A DNA stretch of 64,000 nt from Terriglobia bacterium (GTDB lineage: Bacteria > Acidobacteriota > Terriglobia > 2-12-FULL-54-10). This document shows, in pieces, positions 37,011 through 45,342 of the stretch (position 1 is the first letter of the stretch; each line of letters starts with the position of its first letter). The translations under genes and the position numbers were made by a program. The stretch spans positions 192,001-256,000 of the forward strand of contig CAXVYR010000003.1 of NCBI GenBank assembly GCA_963666975.2, in the 5' to 3' direction. The notes under the pieces are model-generated. The model was not told where the DNA came from. It did not search any database and saw nothing but the letters and a program-made list of their open reading frames with translations.

Positions 37011-38528
37011 ATGATGTCACGACAGCCAATACCGACAGCCATCGATCCAGTTGCATCGCAACAAAAGTGGAAGGCCCTGCGCGCCCGGCATCCCCGGTTC
37101 GTCTATGAAAGTTTTTCTTTGGAAACCGCGGGGGAGGGGTTGCAGGCAAGGTTCCATTTCCGGATCGAGCCCGGCATCGAGTTCGCGCCGGAGATCACCT
37201 TCGAGCGGATCGACCGGCGCAAGGTGGAGGCGATCCCGAAGGCGGCGCTCGAAAACCTGGTTTTTCATCTCGGCCTGATCGAGATGCTGAGCTACTGGAA
37301 AGCGGCCTGTTCGCCGGAGATAGTAGTGCAGGCCGGGGCGCTTAATTCCGAACAGCAGGCATGGTGGACAGAGCTGATCCATCGCGGCATGGGCGAGTAT
37401 TTCTATGTGAACCAAATCGATTTTCAACGGACGGACTTGGTTAAGATTACAGCCGACCGGGAAGGAAAGCCGAAGAGCGAAAAGCAGATCCCTCCCCTTC
37501 GGCAAGCTCAGGGTAGGGATGACAACAAGGGGGAGCGACGGGAGAGCGTCAATCGGGACTTGGTGCTGACCAGCGGCGGCAAGGATTCGGCAGTGACGCT
37601 GGAGCTTTTGCGCGAAGCGGGCAGGGAATTCGACTGCCTGTTGCTGAACCCCGCCGAGGCGGCACGTGCTGTTGTTCGTCAGGCGGGATGCGGCCGCGCG
37701 GTGGTGGTTCGCCGTACGCTCGACCCCCGTCTGCTGGAGCTCAACGCGGCCGGTTACTTGAACGGGCACACGCCGTTCTCCGCCCTGCTGGCGATACTCG
37801 GCGTCGCCGCCGCCGTCCTGGGCGGATATCGGCGGGTCATCGTCTCGAACGAGCGCAGCGCCGAGCAGGCGACCCTCCAGTTGCCGGAGGGCGAGGTGAA
37901 TCATCAGTACAGCAAAACATTTCACTTCGAGCGCGGCTTCCGCCGGTATTCGCAAAACTATCTGGCTCCGGGAGTGGAATATTTCAGCCTGTTGCGGCCG
38001 CTCTATGAGCTTCAGATCGCCAGACTGTTCTCTTCCTATCCGCAATACTTTCCTCTGTTCCGAAGCTGCAATCGCGCCGTGGACCGCAACGCGTGGTGCT
38101 GCCGCTGCCCGAAGTGTCTGTTTGTATTTACAGTTCTCTATCCGTTTCTCGAGAAGCAGCAGTTGGACGGCATCTTTGGAGAGGCCCGGGGAGAGGACCG
38201 GGGCGAGGACCTGTTCGCCTGGGAAGGGGCTGCGGAGGGTCTGCGGGCGCTGTTGGGCATGGACAGGGACAAGCCGTTCGAGTGCGTGGGCACAAAAGAG
38301 GAGACGCTGGCGGCAATTTATTTGTGCGTCGAAAAGGCGCGGGGAGAGGGAACGACTCTCCCGCCCGCCTTGCGTACCGTCGAGAAAACGGTTTTGTCGT
38401 CTTTATCACTATCTGCCGGGTCCGATCTGCCGGCATTGGCCGAGCGCATCTTGACCGCCTGGACCGACGAGCATCACCTGCCGCCCGATTTGGCTGAAGC
38501 CTTACGGCAAAAGGTAATCCGCAGATGA
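37011..38528 (+). CDS. murL: UDP-MurNAc-L-Ala-L-Glu epimerase (MurL-like)
   Basis: LSYWKA, SGGKDS, AGYLNGHTPFSA, SNERSA, VNHQYSK, YFSLLRP, FRSCN, WCCRCPKC and KPFECVG motifs; linked to a MurD homologue. Confidence 0.8.
   Translation: MMSRQPIPTAIDPVASQQKWKALRARHPRFVYESFSLETAGEGLQARFHFRIEPGIEFAPEITFERIDRRKVEAIPKAALENLVFHLGLIEMLSYWKAACSPEIVVQAGALNSEQQAWWTELIHRGMGEYFYVNQIDFQRTDLVKITADREGKPKSEKQIPPLRQAQGRDDNKGERRESVNRDLVLTSGGKDSAVTLELLREAGREFDCLLLNPAEAARAVVRQAGCGRAVVVRRTLDPRLLELNAAGYLNGHTPFSALLAILGVAAAVLGGYRRVIVSNERSAEQATLQLPEGEVNHQYSKTFHFERGFRRYSQNYLAPGVEYFSLLRPLYELQIARLFSSYPQYFPLFRSCNRAVDRNAWCCRCPKCLFVFTVLYPFLEKQQLDGIFGEARGEDRGEDLFAWEGAAEGLRALLGMDRDKPFECVGTKEETLAAIYLCVEKARGEGTTLPPALRTVEKTVLSSLSLSAGSDLPALAERILTAWTDEHHLPPDLAEALRQKVIRR
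37482..37525. repeat. REP-like hairpin in frame inside murL
   Basis: AAGCAGATCCCT-CCCCTTCGGCAAGCTCAGGGT-AGGGATGACAA, translated as KQIPPLRQAQGRDD. Confidence 0.6.
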
Positions 38529-38936
38529 GGCAGATTACGCAGAAAGAGAAGAGAGATCCGAGGACGTATGCCATTATCGGTGCTGCAATAGAGGTTCATC
38601 GACAGTTGGGTTGCGGATTTCTGGAGCCGGCGTGCCAGGAAGCGTTAGCGTTGGAACTGGCCGCGCAAAGTATGCCGTATCGGCGCGAGGTAGAATTGCC
38701 GGTAGCTTACAAAGGCCGGAGACTCTACAAACACTATCGGGCTGATTTTATTTGTTACGATTCGGTGATTGTCGAAGTCAAGGCATTAGATCACTGAAGT
38801 GGGGTGGAAGAGGCCCAGGTCATCAACTACCTGAAGGCCACCGGCAAAGAGGTGGGGCTGCTCCTGAACTTCGGCGCCAAAGCTTTGGAATATCGGCGCT
38901 TTGTTCTCTCTGCGCCATCTGCGTAATCTGTGGATT
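38516..38936. mobile_element. Inverted-repeat-bounded GxxExxY cassette
   Basis: Left AATCCGCAGATGAGGCAGATTACGCAGA (38516-38543) and right TCTGCGCCATCTGCGTAATCTGTGGATT (38909-38936) are inverted repeats, 23/28 identical. Confidence 0.55.
38525..38926 (+). pseudogene. GxxExxY protein (PD-(D/E)XK-like) with internal TGA
   Basis: IIGAAIEVHRQLGCGFLEPAC...[45 protein letters not shown]...; TGA at 38795-38797, frame continues to TAA 38924-38926. Confidence 0.85.
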
Positions 38937-38957
38937 GGCAGCGGGCCCCTGCGTTCC

Positions 38958-40382
38958 ATGAAACTTTCCGAATTGAAAAACAGATCGATCCTGCTCCTGG
39001 GCATGGGCCGGGAGGGCCGCAGCAGTTGGCAATACCTGCGGGCCGCCTTTCCGGAAAAGACCTTGGGGCTGGCCGACCAACTGCCGCGAGAAAAGTTGTC
39101 CACCGAAATCGCGGAGAGGATCGCACAGGACCCTCGCCTTCGCCTCCATCTCGGCGAGGATTATCTGGCGAGCCTTCCCGAATATGAGGTGATCGTGAAA
39201 TCGCCGGGCATCCCGGTCACGCTTCCTGCCTACCGGGAAGCTGTTCGGACGGGCATCCAGATCACTTCCCACACGGCGCTGTTTTTTTCAAACTTTCCGG
39301 GCACCGTCGTTGGGATTACCGGGACAAAGGGCAAGAGCACCACGGCGGCGCTTCTGTACGGGATGCTCGACCGCTTCTTTCCGGGCGTCTGGCTGGCGGG
39401 CAACATCGGCATTCCCGCGCTCGACCTGCTTCCGGAAACCACTCCGAAGAATGTATGCGTCTATGAGCTTTCCAGCCATCAACTGGAAGGTCTCCGCGAA
39501 AGCCCGCATATAGCCGTGCTGCTCAACGTAGTGCCCGAGCATCTGGACTATTACGAGAGCTTTGAACAATATGTGGATGCCAAGCAGAACATCACCCGCT
39601 ACCAGAGCGCCGATGACTTGCTTGTCTATGATGCGGACTATTCCTTGCCCAGCGAGATCGCCTCCCGCTCCCAAGCGCAAACGGTTTCCTGCTCGCTTGC
39701 AAAACAGCCGCCGGCGGGATGTTTCCTTTCCGGAGAGTGGATTGTTTACCGCTCGGCAGCAGGCCAGGAGAAGGAGAAGGTGGAGAAGGTGATTGCGATC
39801 GCGGATGTCCCGTTGCTGGGAACGTTCAATTTGCGGAATGTCCTAGCGGCGGTGGCCGCCGCCATGCTGGCAGGTGTTCCCGGAAGCGAGATCGCCCAGG
39901 CTATCCGCGAATTTCGGCCGCTGGAGCATCGGCTGGAGCGGGTGGGCGACTACGGCGGCGTGACTTATTACAACGACGCCATTGCCACCGTGCCCGAAGC
40001 GACCATCGCGGCGTTGGATGCACTGGATGGGATGGATGCGGCGGGCGGCGACGTAGAGACGGTGCTGCTGGGTGGGACGGACCGGCGGCTTGATTTTTCA
40101 CAACTGGCGAAGCGGTTGCTCCAAAGCGCGGTGAAAACCCTCATTCTCTTTCCGCCGACCGGTGAACGCATCTGGCGGGCCTTGTGCGAACAAAGCCCGG
40201 CGCAATCCTCCCGTCCGCAGCATTTTTTTGTAGAGAGCATGGAGCAAGCCGTCACACTCGCCAAGCGGCACACGTCCGAGGGAAAAATCTGCCTTCACTC
40301 CCCGGCCTCCCCCAGCGTGGGCCTGTTCCGGGATTTCCGGGAGCGGGGGGAGATGTTCAAGCGGCTGGTGCGGGAAGAGTAG
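38958..40382 (+). CDS. murD: UDP-MurNAc-L-Ala:glutamate ligase (MurD, probably MurD2 type)
   Basis: VKSPGIP, GITGTKGKSTT, AGNIG, YELSSHQL, PEHLDY, LEHRLE, YYNDAIAT and HSPASPS motifs; start set at MKLSEL. Confidence 0.9.
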   Translation: MKLSELKNRSILLLGMGREGRSSWQYLRAAFPEKTLGLADQLPREKLSTEIAERIAQDPRLRLHLGEDYLASLPEYEVIVKSPGIPVTLPAYREAVRTGIQITSHTALFFSNFPGTVVGITGTKGKSTTAALLYGMLDRFFPGVWLAGNIGIPALDLLPETTPKNVCVYELSSHQLEGLRESPHIAVLLNVVPEHLDYYESFEQYVDAKQNITRYQSADDLLVYDADYSLPSEIASRSQAQTVSCSLAKQPPAGCFLSGEWIVYRSAAGQEKEKVEKVIAIADVPLLGTFNLRNVLAAVAAAMLAGVPGSEIAQAIREFRPLEHRLERVGDYGGVTYYNDAIATVPEATIAALDALDGMDAAGGDVETVLLGGTDRRLDFSQLAKRLLQSAVKTLILFPPTGERIWRALCEQSPAQSSRPQHFFVESMEQAVTLAKRHTSEGKICLHSPASPSVGLFRDFRERGEMFKRLVREE

Positions 40383-40431
40383 GCGGGAAGGCAGGAGACA
40401 GAAAACCCTTTCGGCCTGCCATAATCAAGAC

Positions 40432-42458
40432 CGTTGGTCGCGAGGGCCTTCTGGCTTGTAACTTCAGTGCTCCTCCGGCTGCCTTTTATCCAGAATGCGG
40501 GGTCTGTCCAAAACGGGGCGGACCTGTGCCGGGGTTACACATTGTTTACACATTGACCACCACGCTGCTCTTGGGTTTGGAACAGCAGATCAGTACCGAT
40601 CCCTGCTCGGGCGGCTCCAGCGGCTCTAAAACGTACTCCACCTCGCCTGCCTCAAGCGGACAAATGCAGGTATGACAGATACCCGACCGGCAGCTGTAGT
40701 CCGGGCTCAAACCATTTGCCTCAGCCAGGTCCAGGATGCTTTCAAAAGACGGGTTCCAATTTGCCTTTACAGCCGACTTGGAAAAATTAACCTCGATATC
40801 CTCGCAGCACTGGGAAACTTCTGCGGCACGTTTTGCTGTAGCAACCTTTGCCCTCTCTTGCAGAGCAGAAGCCGGACCGAAAAACTCATAATGAATCCGC
40901 GACTCGGAGACACCCCAGGCTAGTAAGCCGTTAAACAACGATTTCAGAAAGGCTGTGGGACCGCAAAGATAGAAATCGAAATCTTTGTCGGGTAGAAGGC
41001 GTTTTACGAGTTCGATATCCACATGCCCCTCGTCCTCGTAGCCGCGCCCGGCGCTGTCTTCCGGCAAAGGTCTGCTGTATCGAATGTGAAGCTGGACGTT
41101 GCTGTATTCTTCCGCCACCCGCCGTACGTGCGCGCCCAGGGCGTGCTCGCGTCCGTTTCGGCTGCCGTGAATAAACCATGTTGCCCGGTCTGAACCCGTA
41201 TCCACGATTGCGTTCAACATGCTGACCAAGGGGGTAAGCCCAACACCCGCACTGAGCAGCACCACGGGAGTTTCGCCATGAGGGTCGAGGAAGAATTTTC
41301 CTGTAGGAGACATGGCGAACAGCTTGGAGCCTGGCTCCACCGCATCGTGGAAGTAATTGGAGGAAACTCCCGGGTAGAGGTCTGGCCGATCAGGCGGTGC
41401 GAGTTCTCTCTTGATGCTCAGTCGATAGTAGTCTCTGTTGGGGCTGTCGGATAATGAATAGGTTCGCAGAACCGGTTTGTACTGCCCGGGTATCTCCAAT
41501 TTCAAGGGCAAAAACTGGCCCGGCAAAAAATGTGCTAAAGGCTTGTCGTCCTCCGGCACCAGGTAAAATGACGTGACCGTTTCACTTTCCGGCACCTTGC
41601 GGTTCACAACGAAGGTTCTGAGTTTCTCTTGGACAGGAGTTGAGAGCTTGGCCTTAGCCAGGCGTCCTTCAAAGGTGCTTCGCCAACCCGGGGAAAGCGC
41701 TTCCACACGGAGAGACTTTCTGGCGCCATCCAGGTTATCCTTGTCATAGTACATAAGCTTGTTGACCTCAAGAATCGGCATGCCGATGGGGTCAACTTTG
41801 ATTCTTTCGATCGTGTCGCCCGCGCCCACATCGCCTTCTTCGAGCACTCGAAAGTAAAAGCCCAGTCGCCCGCTTTTAAGAATCTGGTTATAAAACCCCT
41901 CCACCCCCATTTTGATAGCCAGCTTGTAGCACGGGACTCGCGGTTGAGTTACTTGGAAAAGCGCCGTTCCTATCCGGAAAATATCGCCAATATGAACGTC
42001 TTCATCCAGCATACCCTCGACAGTGAAGTTTTCACCGAATTGACCGAATGTGAAATCCGTCCTGGTGAGTTCACGCTCCCAGTAGGCATAATGATGGAAA
42101 GAATAAACATATACTGCCCTGAAAGGTCCGCCGTGACCAAGCAGGTCAGCTTGACCGTCCGCCTCGATATTGAGAGTCTTAACCTTTACCCGTCCCACGA
42201 CAGGCTCCTTAAAGATGCCAGTTCGAACAGTCTTTCCCTTAAACGGTATCTCTTTCGGAAGGGAGACGTTTACAGAGAGCAGCTTCATCACTTAGTCCTC
42301 CTCATCTGATCTTCCATACTTTCATAGCCTATGCGTTCTCATCAGCTCCGTTGTATCGCTCAGAAGAATTTTTCCCAAGGAGGGTGTTGAATGGATGCGT
42401 TCAAACGTTGGTCGCGAAGGCCTTCTGACCCCTGTACTCCTCCGGCTACGCTTTATCC
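40432..42458. repeat. Imperfect 53-60 bp direct repeats flanking the MOSC gene
   Basis: CGTTGGTCGCGA(G/A)GGCCTTCTG...GT(G/A)CTCCTCCGGCT...TTTATCC at 40432-40491 and 42406-42458. Confidence 0.75.
40546..42291 (-). CDS. MOSC + FAD/NAD-binding reductase + 2Fe-2S ferredoxin fusion
   Basis: FGENFT, QVTQPRVPCYKL, RTYSLS, AGVGLTP, YLCGP, EFFGP and CRSGICHTC...ICCS motifs. Confidence 0.92.
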   Translation of the reverse strand: MMKLLSVNVSLPKEIPFKGKTVRTGIFKEPVVGRVKVKTLNIEADGQADLLGHGGPFRAVYVYSFHHYAYWERELTRTDFTFGQFGENFTVEGMLDEDVHIGDIFRIGTALFQVTQPRVPCYKLAIKMGVEGFYNQILKSGRLGFYFRVLEEGDVGAGDTIERIKVDPIGMPILEVNKLMYYDKDNLDGARKSLRVEALSPGWRSTFEGRLAKAKLSTPVQEKLRTFVVNRKVPESETVTSFYLVPEDDKPLAHFLPGQFLPLKLEIPGQYKPVLRTYSLSDSPNRDYYRLSIKRELAPPDRPDLYPGVSSNYFHDAVEPGSKLFAMSPTGKFFLDPHGETPVVLLSAGVGLTPLVSMLNAIVDTGSDRATWFIHGSRNGREHALGAHVRRVAEEYSNVQLHIRYSRPLPEDSAGRGYEDEGHVDIELVKRLLPDKDFDFYLCGPTAFLKSLFNGLLAWGVSESRIHYEFFGPASALQERAKVATAKRAAEVSQCCEDIEVNFSKSAVKANWNPSFESILDLAEANGLSPDYSCRSGICHTCICPLEAGEVEYVLEPLEPPEQGSVLICCSKPKSSVVVNV

Positions 42459-42461
42459 CAG

Positions 42462-42510
42462 CTACTTCTCATCCTAACTTCTCATCCTACTTCTCATCCT
42501 ACTTCTCATC
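42462..42510. repeat. Four tandem copies of the last 12 nt of argA
   Basis: CTACTTCTCATC x4 (one copy has an extra A); minus strand GATGAGAAGTAG = DEK-stop. Confidence 0.9.
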
Positions 42511-43164
42511 GAGGATGCGCCGGGGGCCGAGTATCGGAATCTGCAGAGGGCCTTGCTCCGCTGGCTCGGCGGGCGGGGCTGCCGACATGTAGACCTCCGC
42601 GCCGGGATTCACCATATAGGCCATGGCGGTTTCATCGCAGGCATTGAACATGGGGCAGCGCAGACAATCTTTCCAGGCTTTCAGCGGCAGCGCGTCCCGG
42701 TCGACCGTCTGAAAGTCCAGTTTCTCAAAAAAGCCGGGCACGTAGGTGAACAGGAAGACTACATCCACTCCATACTTCCGCGCCTGCTCCAGCAATTCCG
42801 CGGCAAGCTTCTGTCCCAGTCCGCTCCTCGTATGTTCCCGCGCCACGGCCAGCGAGCGCAGCTCGGCCATGTGTTGCGTGTAGAAGTGAAGCGCCCCGCA
42901 GCCCAGCAGTTCACCGTCCTGAACCGCCACTAGGAAGTCCCTCAGACTTTCGCAGATTTCCAGTTCCGTTCGCGGCAGCATCACCGAGCGTGAGGCATGG
43001 TCATTGATCAGACTCAGCATCGACGGGACGTCGGTCAACTGGGCCTGGCGAATCGTAAGCGTCGCGGTGATGGCGGACGCCGGGACCGGCTCTGTTTCTA
43101 CGGACTGTCCTGGAAAATTGCGCACTACGTCCTCCTGTTGTAAGCGTCGCGGCTCGGAACTCAA
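42499..43164 (-). CDS. argA: GNAT N-acetyltransferase, short ArgA-like N-acetylglutamate synthase
   Basis: MLPRT, LLGCGALH, AELRSLAV, FFEKLDF and LPLKAWKDCLRCP motifs; overlaps the argB stop. Confidence 0.75.
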   Translation of the reverse strand: MSSEPRRLQQEDVVRNFPGQSVETEPVPASAITATLTIRQAQLTDVPSMLSLINDHASRSVMLPRTELEICESLRDFLVAVQDGELLGCGALHFYTQHMAELRSLAVAREHTRSGLGQKLAAELLEQARKYGVDVVFLFTYVPGFFEKLDFQTVDRDALPLKAWKDCLRCPMFNACDETAMAYMVNPGAEVYMSAAPPAEPAEQGPLQIPILGPRRILDEK

Positions 43165-43997
43165 GCTCTCTTCAAAGCGGCCGGCGACCGAACTACGACG
43201 GTTCCCGCAGTGGCCGCTTCCTTTGCCGAGCCCTTCTCATCAGTAAAAATAGTCTCCAGGGCGTCGTCACTGTGGCCGTTCACAATGTGCACCCGTTCCA
43301 CATCCCCGGCCAGGGCCTCGCGGACGGCGTTCAGCTTGGCCAGCATTCCGCCGGTCGCCGTCCCGGACTCGATCAGAGAGGGGATTTCCTCTGCCTCCAG
43401 ACACCGGATGATGCGGCCCTGCGCGTTGCGCACTCCGTCGACATCGGTCAATAAAATCAGGGCATCCGCCCCGAGATGGACCGCGCAGGCGACCGCCGCC
43501 TGATCTGCATTGACGTTGTAAATCTGCCCGTCCTCTCCAACGGCCAGTGAGGCCATCACAGGCAGAACGCCTCCCTCCAGCAGAACTTCCCAGATGCGAG
43601 GGTTGGCCTTTGTGATCCGTCCCACAAAACCCCAGTCCCGGCCGTTCTCGCCCGTCAGTTTTTCCGCCACCAGGCAACCGCCGTCCACCCCGGAGATGCC
43701 AGCGGCGGGAACCCCGGCCTGATGCAGGGCCGCCAGCAATTGATGGTTCACCGTCCCGGCAAACACTTTGACCACCCCGTCCAGGGTCTCCGCCGTGGTG
43801 AGGCGCAGCCCGTCGACGAAGCGGCTGGCGATGCCGGACTGTTTCAGATACTCGCTCAGTTGCTTGCCGCCGCCGTGTACGATCAGCGCTTGGTGGCCGT
43901 CCCGGACTATCCGGGCAATGCGCCGGGCGATTTTTTGCCGGCCGGATGCGTGTTCAATCAGGGTCCCGCCGATTTTGACAACCAACTTCATCAGCAA
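43161..43997 (-). CDS. argB: Acetylglutamate kinase
   Basis: VVKIGG, VHGGG, GLRLT, YNVNADQAA, LTDVDG and GGMLAK motifs. Confidence 0.95.
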   Translation of the reverse strand: MLMKLVVKIGGTLIEHASGRQKIARRIARIVRDGHQALIVHGGGKQLSEYLKQSGIASRFVDGLRLTTAETLDGVVKVFAGTVNHQLLAALHQAGVPAAGISGVDGGCLVAEKLTGENGRDWGFVGRITKANPRIWEVLLEGGVLPVMASLAVGEDGQIYNVNADQAAVACAVHLGADALILLTDVDGVRNAQGRIIRCLEAEEIPSLIESGTATGGMLAKLNAVREALAGDVERVHIVNGHSDDALETIFTDEKGSAKEAATAGTVVVRSPAALKRA

Positions 43998-44000
43998 TCC

Positions 44001-45089
44001 TCAGGCGCCGAGGGCCGCGCCTGCCGGCAACCCGGCAGCCTCATCGAGTCCGAACATGACGTTTAGATTCTGCACCGCCTGCCCCGCAGCGCCTTTTATC
44101 AGGTTGTCGATACAACTGACCACAACCAATTGCCGGCGATCGGAGCCGAGCGTGCAATGGATGTCGCAAAAGTTCGAGCCGTTGACAAGCCGCAGTTGGG
44201 GCGTGCTGGCGTCCGCATACAGGCGGATGAACAAGGAACTTTGATAAGCGGAGCGGTAGACCTCCCACAGCTCCTCCAGCCGGGCGGCATGGGTGAGCCG
44301 CAGGTAGTGGGTGGCCAGGATCCCCCGCTGGACCGGCAGCAAGTGGGCGGTGAAGGAAAACTCGTTCTCCTGCAAGCCCAGGTTATTCAGCATCTCCGGC
44401 ACGTGGCGGTGTTTCAGGATGGCGTAGGCCGAGAAGTTTTCAGACACCTGGACAAAGTGTGTTTTCGGCGAGGGCGTCTTGCCAGCGCCGCTTACCCCGG
44501 ATTTCGCGTCGCAGACAATGCCCGCTGTCCGGTCCACTATGCCTTTTTGCAACAGCGGCCAAAGCGCGCAGATCGCGGCCGTAGGGTAGCAGCCGGGATT
44601 GGCCACCAAGCAGGCCGTTCGCAGGGACTCTCTATAGAGTTCCGGCAGGCCATAGACGGCTTGCTGCAAAAGCTCCGGACAGCCATGCGTGGCCCCGTAC
44701 CATCGCTGATATTGTTCCGCCGTGGAAAGCCGGAAGGCCCCGCTCAGATCAATGACCCGCGCGCCCTGTGCCAGCACCTCCGGCGCTACCTCAATGGAAA
44801 CCTCGGGCGGAGTGGCCGTGAACACAATATCCAGGCCGTTATCGGAAACCGCACCGGCACTCCAGGGCAGGCGGGCAGGCGGCTGGTTTTTGTTCCCGGA
44901 GCAGGCGGCGGGGAGGCGGTCTTGCGATGGACCCTCCACCTTGCGGTGATCCAGCAAAACCGGCGTCACAGCGGGATGCCGCTGGAGCAATCCGGCCAGC
45001 TCCGAGCCGCTGTAGCCGGTATGCCCCAGAATTCCGGCACGGATTTCCCGGCCTCCGGCTGGAGGGGCAGGTTGTGAATATTTATGCAT
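44001..45089 (-). CDS. argC: N-acetyl-gamma-glutamyl-phosphate reductase
   Basis: GHTGYSG, IDLSGAFRL, VYGLPE, ANPGCYPT, SGVSGAG and IDNLIKGAAGQAVQN motifs. Confidence 0.95.
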   Translation of the reverse strand: MHKYSQPAPPAGGREIRAGILGHTGYSGSELAGLLQRHPAVTPVLLDHRKVEGPSQDRLPAACSGNKNQPPARLPWSAGAVSDNGLDIVFTATPPEVSIEVAPEVLAQGARVIDLSGAFRLSTAEQYQRWYGATHGCPELLQQAVYGLPELYRESLRTACLVANPGCYPTAAICALWPLLQKGIVDRTAGIVCDAKSGVSGAGKTPSPKTHFVQVSENFSAYAILKHRHVPEMLNNLGLQENEFSFTAHLLPVQRGILATHYLRLTHAARLEELWEVYRSAYQSSLFIRLYADASTPQLRLVNGSNFCDIHCTLGSDRRQLVVVSCIDNLIKGAAGQAVQNLNVMFGLDEAAGLPAGAALGA

Positions 45090-45129
45090 ACCAACGAATA
45101 TTTATACTTCACCCTTCCTCCCAGGTCAA
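45073..45129 (-). promoter_or_regulatory. argC promoter with tandem ARG boxes
   Basis: TGAATATTTATGCA (45075-45088) and CGAATATTTATACT (45095-45108); minus strand TTGACC-17-TATAAA (45129-45101). Confidence 0.8.
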
Positions 45130-45342
45130 TAGGAAAACTGTCGTGCGGTTTCAAGCAGTTATCCTTCGCCCTTGCAATTGCGCTGCGTTGTGCCTATCCT
45201 AAACCTTTCGATTGCCGCCGGTTCCTCTCGGAGTCGGCTCAAGCGGAGGCTCAGCCTGCGGGGAAAAGGGGCCTGCCCGGCGCGCGGGGTTCCATGTCTC
45301 AAGCGAGTAGCACTCTTGAGAAACACTCTGGAGTTCATCTGA

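Noticed and set aside
38795-38797. Selenocysteine codon in GxxExxY
   Set aside because: The position is not a Cys-equivalent site and no convincing SECIS hairpin follows.
40390-40420. Terminator after murD
   Set aside because: Only a 6-bp stem with a large loop and no U-tract.
40432-42458. Integron attC sites or guanidine riboswitch
   Set aside because: No RYYYAAC/GTTRRRY pair with a hairpin, no intI, and only a short GGATAAA match to the ykkC motif.
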